Shown here: in pieces, positions 49,077-63,325 of the stretch
Numbering within the stretch: position 1 is the first letter of the stretch
Layout: every line of letters begins with the position of its first letter
Origin: Camelus ferus
Lineage: Eukaryota
NCBI RefSeq assembly: GCF_009834535.1
Contig: NC_045696.1
Coordinates: 81,036,001-81,100,000 of the forward strand
Reading direction: 5' to 3'
Length of the DNA stretch: 64,000 nt
Translations under genes and position numbers: made by a program
Notes under the pieces: model-generated
The model's database searches: none
What the model saw: the letters and a program-made list of their open reading frames with translations, nothing else
What the model was told of the DNA's origin: nothing

Positions 49077-52000
49077 TCCAGCTCGATCCACAGGCCTGCA
49101 TAAGGCTGCATTAGAGGGATTTTAATTTGCATGTTCCAGTTCAGTAGTTAAGCCGGGGACCCACAGAGCTGTCCCTCTATGGCCCTTCCACAATTTAGAC
49201 GCTCGTGGTCTGCATTTTAAGAAACTGTACCAAACTGCAGTTGCTAGTTGCCAGCTGCTTTAAGTCTCTTGTTCATATGCTGTACACCCACTAGGAGATA
49301 GGAGCAGTGCCCTGGTACTGCACGCAGTGGTGAACACAAGAGCTGCAGTCCAGCCAAAAGCTGGAACAGGGCACGCTGTTTCTTCTTCTGCTTGGGAACC
49401 CCTCCCTCACCCCCTAACTTTGCTCCACCAACTCTGATTAACAGCTATTCATCTTTCAAATTTTAACTCAGAAGAATCAGGCAGGTCTTCTGCTATGTTT
49501 TTATAAAGCCCAGTGACATTTTGTATCTGCCTAGAGATTCAAGGAAGACGAGATGCTGAAAGGAGCTATGATCACTTGAGAAAAGGAATTCTCTAGCTCC
49601 AAGGGAGCAGAGGAGCTGAGTTCTAGAGGTGACAGTGGGGGACTAAAACGGTCAGTTGTCATGGAGGAATGCGGTGCTGGAAATGACAGTAGCAACCACA
49701 GCCACGAGAATGCCCTCTGGGAAATGTGGGAAAGGGAAGAGGCTTGGGAACTTCCCAGAAGCAGCAGAAATGGATGGAGGCTCTGAGCCAGTTGCCACTG
49801 CAGTCATCTCCAGGCTGACATGGTCTTGATATCATACAATCAGAGACAAAGGAAGAACCACAGAGACGGTTGTATTGTGCACAGAAAAACTGTAAGGAGC
49901 AGCTAGCTTGCAGGCTTTTGCCCTCTGAGGTGCCCCAGTGAGGTTGAGGAAGTGGGGAGAGTATGACCCTTCTCTCTGAGCAGCTGGGAGATGGGGTGGA
50001 AAGTTCATGAAACTGGTGGAAACCAGGTGCATGGTTAGCCTTGGGGGCTGCTTGTGCAAGGTGCTGAGCTAAGGCTGGAAGGCAGGTGGCGCAGGCTGGT
50101 GGTTCACACTGGCCTTGATTAAGGCAGAGATTTGGCCTTCAGCTTTGCAGTTCCCAGATGTGATGTAGTCAGGGCACCGAATTTCAAGTCGCACCAACAC
50201 CTGGATGCACCTGATACTGATCTGAAACATCATTTATATAATAAAAATATTAATAGCTAATACCCTTTGAGACCACTTGCCATGTGTGAAGCACTGGGCT
50301 ACTTATTATAAAAGTCTCGTCTTATGCATGTAGTTGCTTTTTGTGATATGTACCATTCTTCTAATTTTGCAGAGGTAGACACTGAGGCTTAGGTTAAAAG
50401 ACTTATTGAAAATGATGGAGCCTGGTTTTGAATGCAGATTGGTCTGTTTTGAAAAAAAGATTAATTGATTTACATTTGTATCCCTTATTTTGCCTGTCAC
50501 ATAACTCAGTGGTAGATATGTTCTTGGAGTTCGCTGGTTTGGATCCTGCAGCTTCACTGTGCACTGAATGGATAAGGGATTTGTTTTACATTCAGTGTTT
50601 TTAGCCTGTAAGAGATCATGGTATTGGGAAAGAAACCTTAAGAAAGTACAGGGACTCCTGAGAAACTGAAAAGCCCGTGTCCCAGGCAGCTCTGGGACTT
50701 CATGTTGGCGTTATCTGATGAAGTTCACTGGGAAGAAGCAGAAGGGGTTTTAAGATGGTGAAATGGCCTTTAGTTATTGCTTTTTCTGTCTCCCTTCAGA
50801 CTTGAAAATGGTTCATTAACACAACAGACTATAAACCTCTTTATAAGCACGGGCTTGGTAAATGAGACACGGGTGAATTTTTATGGGCGACAAGTCACAG
50901 TGAACTTATGGCAGTTATATTCCCAGGTTTGTTCCCTGGACTTTGAAAGGCACTGTGTGTGTGGCAGCTTCACCAATGACCAGGAGGAAGGCAGGGTAGA
51001 GGATGTTGTGTTATCTGTCCCCTGGATTTCCTCGGCACCTGTCATCTGTGGCACAGTGTGGGCACTCGGATACCTGTTGAATGAAGTCATCTGAAACCTT
51101 CTAAGCTTACTTACTTTGGAGAAGTGTATGAAAGACACAGATTCTCTCAGTAACCCAGGGACATCAGATGAAGTTCCAGGATTGCCTCTTGGTGTGGTCA
51201 GCAGATGGTACATGGAATTCCGTTACCTAATTCCCTAAGAGCTGGGAATGATGGGACTAACCTTGCCAGTAGACTCACTCTCGCCTCACTCACTGCTGTG
51301 GGAGAGAGCTCTGCCAGTGGCTGGTCTGCTCTGGGACAGAGGGAAGGATTGAGATGTTCTTCAGAAGCTAAGGTCCTTGAGTATCTCATGCAGCTGTGAA
51401 TCCCAGAGCATCCCAGAAACAGCCTAGAACTAGGTCTTGGGGTCACAAGGCAAAGGCTCTTTTCCTTTGCTTATGCTGACATCTGTCTATTTCTTTGTTT
51501 TATTTTCAGCTTCTAAATATTGATTGGCTTTATGAGTGCTTTCTGGCTCTGTGGTCTCTTTCTTACAGCTGTAGGGGGATAATAAGCCCATGGCAGTTAA
51601 ATGGCGTCCCGCGAGCAGAGCAGGCTGGAGGGGGAGCTTTTTCCATCAGGTCTGCAAAATACAGTTCAGCCACAAAAGCGATCCCCATGTCTCCATGTTC
51701 TCTGCTGGGTATTACCTGTTAAGCTTCGATACTTTTTCCTTTTACAAATGCAGACTGTTGCACTTGAGAGCAATTAGCTGATACAACTGTAATGGACGCT
51801 GGCTTCATTGGATAGAATCTTTGAAATCAAGTGTATTAAATTGACTCTTCTTTTCTCAGGTAATAATGAGTAGAAATTCCTGCTATCAACATAGAATTAA
51901 TAGATTCTAAGCTTTTATAGGCTTTGGGGAGGCAATAAAAGGATAGGGGAGCTGGCGTGGATACAGCTGCACTTGATTTCATTCTTTCTGAGGTGTGTTG

Positions 52001-52344
52001 AGATTCTTGAGAACCTGACCAACTGATCTCCGAGGGGGCAAATGCACCGATGGCTCTGTGTGGAAAAGGGAAAGGAACAGACATACTGCTGTTTGGCTGC
52101 AGATTTGTGCTGGAGGGTTCAAATCTTCAGCTTGTTCTCAGTCCTTCTAAAATCAGAGAGGGTCAGTGAATGATGAGGGCCTCTGGCGTCCAGCTAGGAT
52201 TCTCCAGATGGCACCTGGGCAGTGAATTCAGCCACAACATTTTTGGCAGTTCCACGGACAGTAACCTCTTTGCGAGGTGACCGTGACATCATTTGGGCTC
52301 ATTTGTGAGCTTGTGGCTTATCTCATTTGTTTTCAGAGTCACAG

Positions 52345-52585
52345 GAAGCAGAATGGCTTAGAGGTTACATCAGGGATCAGGCTCTGGATTTGAGTCCCAG
52401 CTCTCCAGCTTAAAAGCTTTGCAACTTGGGGCAAGTTATGTAAATTCTCTAGGCTTTTCCTACACCTGTTAAATGCAGATAATAATAGTATATCTAGGGA
52501 AATTGTAGGAATTAAAAAAATATTTCATATAAAGTACTTAGGACAGTGCTTACCATATTACAAATTGCGCGATAAAATGTTCAAC
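52345..52585 (+). mobile_element. MIR SINE (representative; further MIR pieces near 1800, 15800, 21950, 29700, 37850, 50350, 57700, 62600 and 63550)
   Basis: ggatttgagtcccagctct...ttgggggcaagtta..taa..tctct...ctgttaaatg..gataataatagta...taaagtacttaggacagtgc. Confidence 0.8.
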
Positions 52586-53474
52586 ACATTCAACACCAGC
52601 ATCATTTTTTCAAACAGTTAGAAAGTGCACTGTGAATCTGGGGCAAAGCAAGCAATTTGGGTGTATGTAGGTAGGTTTACAAGGTATAGGTTCTGCCCTC
52701 AAGAAGCACAAAGTGTAGTGGGAGAGACAGACAGAAAAATAGATACATTCAGTAGGAAAACCAGGGTAGAAGGATAGTTGTGTGGGGCAAGGAAGGTGGG
52801 GGAAGTGGACCAAGATGGGCACTGAGATGTCCGGGAAGCTGAGTACCTTAAAGCAATTCACAACGATTCTGTGGTGGGAGCGCCAGTGTTGCAGAATATT
52901 GATGTGGATGAAGTGTGGGTTGTTCCGTAGAGGTGAACTTTGCACCTTCCCTGTGCGCTCCTGCCCTGCTGTCCTCACCCCAAAACAAGCTTTCTCCCCT
53001 GTTTGCCACCCTCTGATTCCAATCTGATAAAGGATGTGGGTAAATTTTATATGTGTATGTGTGTGTGTGTGCACGTGTCTCTGTGTGTTGTTTACTAATA
53101 AGCAACAATGTGTGTGTCCTGCTTTGTAATGAGAAAGTCTAAAAATTGCTAATCAGTATGGAACTGAAAACTTTTAAGCCTTGAAGTACCCTTATTTCTG
53201 TCTTAAAAAATCTGTTAATACAATACAACATACTGGAAGGCCAAGTTATTAGCTCTGGAATCATTTCCACAGTTGCCAAAAGGTATTGGTAAAATTTAGC
53301 AGTCATTCTTGATTTTTAAAAAAGCAAAGCAAAATGAAGAAATCTACTCTTACTATACTAACTCTTATTTTCTTATTACTCTTATTAATAAGGAGATTCT
53401 TTCTTAACTTGATGGATAATGTTCCTGAAACCAACAGCCCACCTCTTACCTAATTGTCAAAACCCAGACACCGT

Positions 53475-54027
53475 GTATGGGGACACTATTGATTATCAGC
53501 CATTCTCATCTTCTTTCTTGCTGTCGAAGCTCTGAGTTTGTTTGGGTGTTTACCCCCCTAAATTCTCAGGGGAGTGAACTCTCTCCAGCCCCAGTGTGGA
53601 GGAGGTGGAGTAGATGAAGTCAATCATTTGGCTTCCATTTTTTGGTTGATGAGTTTAGACAAGTCGTATGGCACAACCCTGGCCAATGAGGGGGGACGAG
53701 GAGAAGCTTTACTGGGGGCTCCTGGGCAGGTTTTCCTCACTTTTACAAACAGGTTTTTAAAAATGAGACTTTCCCTATCCTGCACTTGGAAATCGTCTCT
53801 AAGACTGTGATGCTTAGATTTGCTGCAGCCATCTGGCAACCGGGAGTGGAAAGCATGGAGAGTCACAGAAGAACGGACTCAGGTCCCTACATTGTTGGGC
53901 ACCTGAATTAATCAGCCCTGGAACTGGCCTGACTCCAGACTTCATGTTACACTAGCTAACAATTTCCTCATTGTTTAAGCCACTTCTAGTTGTGTATTCA
54001 TTTATTTGCAGTTGCAGACATCCTAAT
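53475..54027 (+). mobile_element. MLT1J-like MaLR LTR
   Basis: gctgcagccatct.gcaacc...ttaatcagccctggaact.gcct.actccagacttc.tgtta...ttgtttaagccact...ttgcagttgcagacatcctaa. Confidence 0.75.
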
Positions 54028-54043
54028 TGATATGTATTTCTTT

Positions 54044-54171
54044 TAATTAAAAAAATTTGGGGGGGGTGTAGTTTGTTTGTTTGTTTGTTTATTTTACAAG
54101 TACTGGGGATTGAACCCTGGACCTCGTGCATGCTAAGCACGTGCGGTACCACTTGAGCTATCCCCCAACCC
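54044..54171 (-). mobile_element. tRNA-derived SINE (camelid Vic-1-like) with TSD
   Basis: Reverse complement of the same head (gtactggggattgaaccc...gcatgctaagcac...cacttgagctat). 16-bp TSD TGATAT(G/A)TATTTCTTT at 54028-54043 and 54172-54187. Confidence 0.92.
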
Positions 54172-54309
54172 TGATATATATTTCTTTCAGAATGAGAGAC
54201 CATACAAGGATGTTAGGGTTAAGATAAGGACCAGTAATGATGTATAGTGTTCTGGAAATTTTAGCCATTTGAAATAAGGCAAGACATAATAGAAATAAGA
54301 ATTATAATT

Positions 54310-54775
54310 ATTAGATGACAGGGACATTATTTTCATTTTGTATAAATGATACCTTTAAAACTTAGGAGAATTAACTAAAAAAATTATTAGAACTATAATA
54401 ATTCAATGTTGGATACAGAATAAGTATACCTAAGTCAGTAGCATTCTTATTAGCCAGACAAAATAATCAATCAGAAAATACATTTGAAAAAAGGGATAGC
54501 TTTACAATAATAATAAAAACTGTAAAATATCTGGGAATAAATTTAACAAGAACTCGACAGGACCTATATGAAGGAAAATTTAAATCATAACAGGGAGCAT
54601 ACTGAAGACTTGAGTAAATGCATGAGATATCCGTGTTCCTGGATAGCAAAACTTTGTAAAGATGTCCACTTTTCCTGTGTTAATATGGGACTTTAATAAA
54701 AATACCAAGCAGGAATTTGTTTTAGGATTTGACAAAAATGATTCTAAATGTGATCTGGAAGAATTATCAGACAAG
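54310..54775 (+). mobile_element. Very old L1 (L1ME-like) ORF2 fragment
   Basis: aaaattattagaacta...ggataca..ataa..ata...aaatatctgggaataaatttaacaaga...ttctaaatgtgatctggaag. Confidence 0.7.
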
Positions 54776-56949
54776 GATGTCTTCTGGGTCTCCTGGTAAA
54801 ACTTGTTTTTCCATCGTTTTTGATTGTGTATGTGCCTATATTGTATTATTTGCTTTGTAAGTTTTAACAGTTATAACTTCATAGTAGATAATGATTTTTA
54901 TTAATATAAAAATACTCTGTCACAGGTAATGGCTTTTCCTAGGAATTAATTGTGGTTTTCTGACTTTTTGTTTTTGGTTGATGTAGTTGATCTTCCTTTT
55001 TATTTCCAAACTTTGTCTTGATTATTTCTCTGTATGTCTTAAAAGCAGCACATGTAGTAAGATTTTGTTATTGAGCCTAATCTGAGAGTTTTCTTTTAAA
55101 CACAGAGTTTAAACCATTTGCTTTTATTGCCATAAATATGTCTGATCTTCTGTTATGTTTTGAATTCCACCTTCCCTCGTGCCTGCTTTGTTTTCCTATA
55201 TACGCTGTTTTCAGACATACAATTTAATATGTACTTAAACTTGTGGTTCTTTAATTATGCAAATTGTTAAATAAAATGGATCTTTTAATGTCCTTGTTGC
55301 ATAATAAAGAGTGATACCTTATTTCCCACCTTCATCACTCGCTTCTCCTACGCATCCCAATGTTTAATTTGAACTGATGTAGATTGAGATCTTATCTGAT
55401 CTCAACTTAATATTATATCCTTGTTTTCTAAAAGATTACATTTTAAATTAAAATTGGAATATATTAATATAATGCATTGTTTTTCAGGTGTGCTTTTTGT
55501 GATTTGCATTAAATTGATTATACTAAATTGATTGTTTTCTCTGTTATATTCTTGTGTTTATTATGATTTATCTTCAATTAGCTGAAATGTATACTTTCCT
55601 TTTTTTGAGGAATATTGTGTGTGTGATATTTTAAGAGTTCTTGCATAGCTTAACATTTTTCTTTTGCCTTTTTTTGTGAACAGTAATTTGGGAGTGCAAT
55701 TGTTTTATCACAACTCTTTCCTCACCAGACTTTGTAGGTGGTTCATTGGCTTGTGTGAGGTTGGGCCTGGTGATATTACTTTATGGTTAACCTGATTTTC
55801 TGCCTTATTAGTTGTATGACTTTTAAAAAGTATTTGAAATTACTTTTTTGGGCACAGGTGGGGTCTGTTTTCAGTTATTTTGCTTGGAACTCTGCACTTT
55901 TGCTCCTGGGAGCTGGTTTTGGTCCATGTGTGAATATTTACCTTTATTGTTTTTATTATTCACTATTGAATTTCTTCCTGTGGAATAAATATCTGTTTGC
56001 TTTCTTTGGATCTCTGTCCCTTATGATCCATTTATGTTTCCTTTCTTGTCTTCATTTTTGTATCTGCTTTCTGAAACTGCATCTGGAGGCACAGCTAGGT
56101 TGGTGTGTTAATTTAGGCCCAGGGAGTTCGACAGGGCAGCATGACTTCTAACAGGAATGTGCAGTTTCTGGTTGTAGATACAGAGCTGGAGCTTGGGAGA
56201 CAGGTGAAAACTAAATATAGAAGATACAACGATGGATGGATGGATGGATGGATGGATTCATTTGTTCAATCAGCAGTGCTCCAGGTACAGAAATGGGACA
56301 GTCAGAATGAAGGGAATGGCTGTGTGAGGTCCTGGTAGTATAGCTTTGGAGGAACAGAGCAGAGTTCAGAGGCTGTGGTATCTGAGAGAAAGTCAGAGGA
56401 AGAGACCATAAAAGAGAAAGAGGAGAATGTGGAAGGAATGATCACAAGATCTTCCCACCAAGATGAGAATCTGAGGAAGGAGGTAGTTAGGCAGTGGCTG
56501 GTGCTACAGCAAGCAAGAAGCTGACAACAGAGAATCCCAGCTGCTGGACTGGACGATTGGAGTGTGCTGGGGACCCTGCAGGAGTGTGATGTGGAAGGGA
56601 AGAGGAGGTGTCTTTTGTAGTGGGGGAAGGGGGAGGAAAGTCCTTAAGGGAAAGCAGTGGTTACAGGGTAATTGTGCAGGAGATGTAGTGTCCAGCATGA
56701 GGAGACATTAGGACCGCAGAAAGCTAATGTGCTTTCTTTCCTCTTCTTAAAGTGAGGAAGACCTTTAGGTAGTTGATGACAAGCCCAGGAAGCAATGTTG
56801 GGGGAGAGCTAAAGGCACGACCCTGCTATCATGTCCATCTCAGTTGCGTGCTACCCCATCCGTCCTTGGGAGGCGTCACTGGCTCTCCCCTTTTCCTGCA
56901 CCGCACTGCAGTGGATCCATCAGAAAATCCTTTTGGTACTATATTCCCT

Positions 56950-57615
56950 TCAAAAATATATTCAGAATTGCAACTTCTCACACCTACTGATGTCAATCAG
57001 TCAGTATCATCTTTCTCCTGAATTCTGAAGTAGTCTCCTAACTGACCTCCCAACTCCTTCCTTGATCTGGGGTCTGTCCATTGCAGGGTCTGGACTGATC
57101 CTAGTAACGATGAGGTTGGATCGTGCGCTATACAAAGTTCCCTGGTGGCTTCTTCTCTTTTACTTGATCAGGGTAACTGCTGATTTCCTTGCAATGGCCT
57201 ATGGGGCCCTGGTGTGAGATCTGCACCCCTCCCCCTACCTCCCTTGTTCTGCCTTCATCCCCTGTCCTCCCCACACTGGCCTCCTTGCTACTCCTCAACC
57301 CTTCCAGGGATGCTCTTCTCCGAGTATCTGCTCTTTGAGGTCTTTGCTTATGCACATGCCATCTTTTAAGTGAGGACTCCCAGGACCTGCTTTCATAAAT
57401 TGCAGCTCCATAGGGCTTAACATCTTCTAACCCTATGTAATTTACTTTTGTGTTTTATTTATTGTCTGTCTTTCTCTGCCTACTTGTCTGTAAACTCCAT
57501 GAGGGCAAGGACTGGTCTCTTGATTTAGTTCATGGCTATATTCCCAGTGGCTTGAATGCCTCTTGGAAAGTTGGCTGTAAGTGATTTTTTAATTAACATG
57601 AGAATAAATGTGTGT
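56950..57615 (+). mobile_element. L2 fragment including 3' end
   Basis: cacactggcctccttgct.ctcctcaa...tgtaaactccatgagggcaaggact...ttcatggctatattcccagtg. Confidence 0.7.
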
Positions 57616-58367
57616 GGTAATTGAGAGAGACAGGCATTACAGGGCAATACTAACAGCTACTGTTTGTTAAGCTCCTCACTCTGTTAATGTGTTATTGTAT
57701 TTAAATCTTACAACCCGCCTTACACGGTGGGCATTTATTACATTTTACAGCTAAGAAAAGAAGCCTGAGTATTGGGGAGATTAATAAACTCTCACAAGGT
57801 TAATAAACTTGTACAAGCTTTTAGATTCTGGAGGCTAAAAAGAGACGATCAAAGGCAGAGGATTTAATCTTAGAAGTCAGGAAAATTTTTCCTCAAATTA
57901 GGAAGAAGAAAAGATAGGTGAAGAAATTTAAGAGCTGAGATGCAAAGGAGAGTGTGTGAGCAATCTCTTTCTGGTGACCTTGATTTTTCTTAGTAAAGAA
58001 GGAAGCCAGTTTATCTGTTGAGACACAGAGGGGATGACTGGGGATTTTAGAAGGGTCGGGAAGGTATGAAAATAGGTCTATCTGGGCAATCTGCTGAAGA
58101 ATCTACAGGAGATCAAACAGTAGGATTCTTGAAATGTCTTTAGGGCCTAGTTAGAATAACCAGTCAACCAACAAAAGGATGTTAGCAATGAATGGCATCT
58201 TTGAGATCATTTAATCTAGCTCCCGAATGTTATGCTTTATCACTCTGTGTTCCTTTTGTCTGCTGTTTACTAAGATTATGGTCTCTTCTACTCATCTTTG
58301 AAGATCTTACATCAATCTGTTTCCCCTTTGTTTTTGTTTGTTTGTTTGTTTATCATCTTCATCATTC

Positions 58368-59110
58368 TTTATTTTTAATGAGGTATGATTGATGCATAAC
58401 ATTATATTAGTTTCAGATGTACAACATAATGATTCAGTATTTGTATATATTGTGATCACCACAATAAGTCTAGTTAACATCTGTCACTATGCATAGTTGC
58501 AAATTTTTCCTCGTGATGAGAACCTTTAAGATTTACTTTCTTAGCAACTTTGAAATACGCAATACAGTCTTATTAACTATAGCCACCATGCTGTCCATTA
58601 CATCCTCATGATTTATTTATTTTATAACTGGAAGTTTGTACCTTTTGACCACCTTCATCCTTCCTCCATCCCCTGTCTCTGGTAAGCACCAATCTGTTCT
58701 CTGTATCTATACACTTGTTTTTGTTTTAAGATTCCACATGTAAATGAGGTCATACAGAATTTGTCTTTCTCTAACTTATTTCACTTAACATAATGCCCTC
58801 AAGGTCCATCCATGTTGTTGCAAATGGCAAGATTTCTTTTTTATGCCTGAGTACTATTCCACTCTGTGTTTGTATGTGTGTGTATCTCATAACTTCTTTA
58901 TCCATTCATCCATTCATGGACACTTAGATTGTTTCTGTGTCCTGGCTGTTGCAAATAATGATGCTCTTAAAATGAGGGTGCATATATCTTTTCGAATTAG
59001 TGTTTTCATTTTCTTTGAATAAATACTCAGAAGGAATTGCTGGATAATATGGCAGTTGTATTTTTAACTTTTTGAGGAACCTCCATACTGTCTTCCATAG
59101 TGGCTGCACT
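58368..59110 (-). mobile_element. L1MA-like 3' region
   Basis: ORF 58924-59109 reads [24 protein letters not shown]. 3' UTR motifs tacaacataatgattc...gtgatgagaac.tttaagatttact. Confidence 0.9.
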
Positions 59111-60411
59111 TGTCTTCATCATTCTTGAGTGAATTATTTGTGCAGGTAGACTACCATTTAACACCTGGGTCTTGCTCTTCATTGCCCTGCCCAACTCCAG
59201 TGACCATAACCTTTTCCCTCCTCAGTCACCAGTATCTGTGTCTGGACTTGAGGAGTCATGGTCTTATAAGGAAAGCAGTGAAGGGTTGACAGAGGTAGAG
59301 TATAGTGAGAAGGGGTGAACTTACAGGTACCAAGGAAGGGAGAAAGATTTAGAGGGTCTAGGGAGGATGGAGTTCCAGTCAAGGTGGGGAGAGATTTGAG
59401 GCCAGGTAGAACTGAGTAGAATTCATTCCTGTTTAAAATAGTTTTGTATGTATTCCAAGATGATCTTGATTAAAAAAAAAATGCTTTTTTACATTCATGT
59501 TGCTGTCACTTTTTCCATTTTTTGTTAAGTAGAACCCACATTGTTCACATTAAAACTTTTAAAAAAATATTGAAAAAGTTACCAGTGGGATGTTTTCTGC
59601 ATAAGTACTGTGTAGGTATGAGTAATAAATATAATATGAGTGATAAATATAATTTCTTAAAATTAGAATTTGTAGATAGTCAAATTATGCATACTTATCT
59701 ATATTTAGCCAAAAAGGTGCTAAAAAGTTGGCATTTGTATTAAAGTGAATTAGTGTTACTATTTATAACATAACTAACAGGAATCTGAGAAAAATTTGTT
59801 TGTAATACCCATGTTTTGATATTTGGCAGGCTGCTTAAATTGTGGTTTTCACATAAATTAGTACATGCATATTAAAAACAAATATTAACTTCATTGCCTT
59901 CTTCTAAAGCACACAAATTAATCATATGTAATTGAATGGGAGTCCACATAAATGCAATGTACCAGTTAGTATGCATTCAGATTATGTTTTAACGTGAAGA
60001 GTTTGGGTTTAAACGAGTTGAGTGATTGTAGCTATTTCCTCTGTTCAGTAACTCATGCACAGGTTTATATAGCTATGCAGTAAAGAACTGTTCACATATT
60101 GATACAATGCCACACATTGACTGATTGGCATATTGGCCAAAATGTTTGCAGCTTTAGCCATGGTACTTTGTAGAAACAGATGGAAAGTTCAGCCTGGCTT
60201 AAAATGGCAGTTAGAATCACATACTTCCATTGGAGAAGGGATGTGATAGACTTCTTAGTCTGCCTTCTCATTTGTGCAGAGGAAGAGTCCAAGGTTCTGA
60301 AGATTTTAATTGCTCAAAGCCAACCCATCTGGGAAGTGTTAGAGCACTAATGAGCTCTTCATTGTATCAATGAAAAGATTTAGTTTGGTTGATTAAAAAA
60401 AAGTTTTAGGG

Positions 60412-60725
60412 GCTTGAGGGGAGGTGGGAGAAATGAGGAGATGTTGGTCAAAGGGTATAGACTTCCAGTAAGAAGATGAGTAAGTTCTAAGGATCTAGTG
60501 TACAGCATAGTGATTATAGTTAGCAATAATGTATTTGAAAGTTATTAAGAGAGAAGATCCTAAATATTCTCATCACAAAAAAGAAATTGGTAAATATGTG
60601 ACTCGATGGAGGTGTTAGCTAATGCTAACAGTGGTAATCATTTTGCAATATATAAGTGTATTAAATCAAAATACTGTACAAAGTCTCTTGATATTATATG
60701 TCAATTATATCTCAATAAAGCTGAA
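60412..60725 (+). mobile_element. L1MA-like 3' end
   Basis: gaaatgaggagatgttggtcaaagggta...ggatctagtgtacagcatagtgattatagtt...tcaattatatctcaataaagctg. Confidence 0.88.
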
Positions 60726-62784
60726 ATACATTTTTAATTAAAAAATTTTTTACCGTAGTTTCACTTGATTATGAACTCATCAAGTGTTAAAGCTAACTAG
60801 AGTCTCTCATTAATTATTTATCTTTGTATCTGAGTGCACAGCCCAGTTTCTGCTCCATATTAGGTATTTAATGAATGTGTAATTGCTAAAAGTAAGTTTA
60901 TTTTCCTTTTTTTCTGACAATAGTTCTTTAAAAAAGTAATTAGACAAAAGAAGTTATTTTGAGAAAGTAGAGCGTTTAAAAAGCAATTAATAATTATTGA
61001 ATTAAAGCAGACACTATTTAGCTAGTTTTTAAAAACTATGTAAATATTATCTTCATGTTTATAATGTAATTTACTAACGCACAGAAGTAAATGGCCCAAT
61101 TGTCAACAATGTGAATATTTGATTACATGTATATAAACGTGTGTATTTGTGTGTATGTGTGTGTATTTGTGGTGTGCAATCATGGGCCCCAAAAAGAGCT
61201 GATAATATTACGACTTATGATGGAAAATATGTGTCAAAGTTGAACCACAGCATCACTTTACATGCAGTATCAAGCAAGAGCTATGGAAAGAAGTGTGTGT
61301 TTTCTAGATGATAGGCTGATGGACTTTCTCCTGAGAGGACACTCCTCGTGTGAGTGAATTTACCACAATGGGTCATTTCTACCATGAGGCTCAGGGACCT
61401 CACTTGATGTTTTCTGGGTTATGTGTGCTTGTATGTATAGTGGGACATGTTCAGCATCTTGTAGAGAATATTGTACCAATTTATTAATTTACACTGAGAA
61501 CTAGAATGGTCACTTGCACTCAGTTTATGTGCAAGTAGTAAGTAGTGCTGGATGTGTTCACTCACCTTATAGTAATCACTTTGCAGCATATGCACATCAG
61601 ATCGTCACACTGTACTCCTTACACTTACACAATGTTATGTATCAATTATATCGCAATAAAGCTGGAAAAATGTTTGTGCAACTAGTATAAGCATTTTTTT
61701 GGTCCTAAGTGATGGAGAAACTTAGTTTACTATCTAGGCTAGGCCCTTTGTATTTTAGTGATGAAAACAGAGGCACAAGGGTGAAGTGGTGTGGATTCAC
61801 GGCTCAGTTAGTGGTGGAGCTGGGAGCTGGGGAGAGATCTCTGACCTCTCAGCTCCTAGCGAGAGTTCTTCCCTCGGCTTGTGGTGGAACTGGGCCTCAG
61901 AAATGCTCGGCAAGGTGGGCACTGCCTTGAGTGTGGCAGCTTTTTTCAACTACCTGCCTCCATACTGAGCGATTTTAGTGTTTTTCATTTGGAGAGCTGG
62001 AATAGTGGCAAAATTACAGTGAAAGTAAATTTTACAATTAGTTTAGGACTGAATGTTGGAATACAGACTCCCTGAGGGTGGGGACCAGCTCTGCTCCTTC
62101 TGTGCAGCCCCAGAGGTCAGCACCAGGCGTATCTCACCAACACTTATTAAATGCTGGTTGAAATTAAAATGTTCTCAAGTCAGGCATGAATAAGTTAATT
62201 AGTCAGCACATATTGAGGACAAGTTCTGGGCATAAATCGCTGAGGTATTTGGCTACCTGGAAGTGTGTTATAATTCTCCATTGGAACGACTGACACTAAA
62301 AGTCATTTTGATTTTACTGCCTCTTCTTGAGTCAAAACACACAGGATAGCCAGCCTCCGGGTAAGTGGCACTGACTTCTGTTGCCAGAAAATGAAAAATG
62401 AGTGTTTCTCCTTATGCACTAGCTACTAAAAACTTGCAGTCACATTCAGTGCCTGAGCTTTGAAATCAATTCATTTCAAAAAATAGATAACCCGGTCTCC
62501 TACTGATGGAATCATAATAAAATCCACAACAGCCATCCATTAAGTGCTTAGTGTATGTTGGACACGGTGCATCACCTTATTTGATTCTCATGCCAACTGA
62601 GAAAGATTGCAGTGTTCTCCCCGTGTCACAGGTTAGGAGAACTGGAGGTTAAGAGCCTGACCTAGGACCACACAGCTATCGAGTAGGGGTGTTGGGATTT
62701 GAACCAGGGCTTCTTTCAAAAGGTCTTTATTCTTTCATCCTTAGGTAGTGATCTGGGGCCATGTTTGTGTATTTTTAAAAAACA

Positions 62785-63325
62785 GTTTAATTGAGAGAGA
62801 ATTCATATACCATGCAGTTTCTCCATTTGAAGTATGTAATCCAGTGGGTTTTAGTATATTCACAGAGTTGTATAGCCATCATCACAGTTAATTTTAGAAC
62901 ATTTTCATCACCCCGAAAAGAAACCTCTTACTCATTATAGTCAATTCCCATTTCCCTCCAACACCCTTCTCACTCCAGCCCTAGGCAACCATTAATTTAC
63001 TTTCTGTGTCTAGATTTGCCTATTGTGGACATTTCATAAAATTAGATTAATATCATATGTGGTCCTTTGTGATTGGCTTCTTTAGCGTAAAAGTTGCAAT
63101 ATCCATTCATTGTTGGGATTCCATTCCGTTTTGAATAATACACCATTGTATGGATATACTACATTTTGTTTATCCGTTCATCAGTTGATGGACATCTGGG
63201 TTGCTTTCACTTTTTGGCTGGTATGAATAATTCTGTTATGAACATTCGTGTGCAACTTTTATGCGGACATATGTTTTCATTTCTCTTGGGTATAGACCTA
63301 AGGGTGGAATTACTCGGTCAGATGG
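62785..63325 (-). mobile_element. L1MB-like 3' region
   Basis: ttgagagagaattcatataccat...ttagaacattttcatcacccc.aaaagaaacc...ccctaggcaacca...cagttgatggacat. Confidence 0.9.

Noticed and set aside
59617..59652. 18-bp tandem duplication TATGAGT(A/G)ATAAATATAA; similar small duplications near 15520, 16942 and 57781
   Set aside because: Ordinary slippage duplications with two units and no spacers, not array-like.
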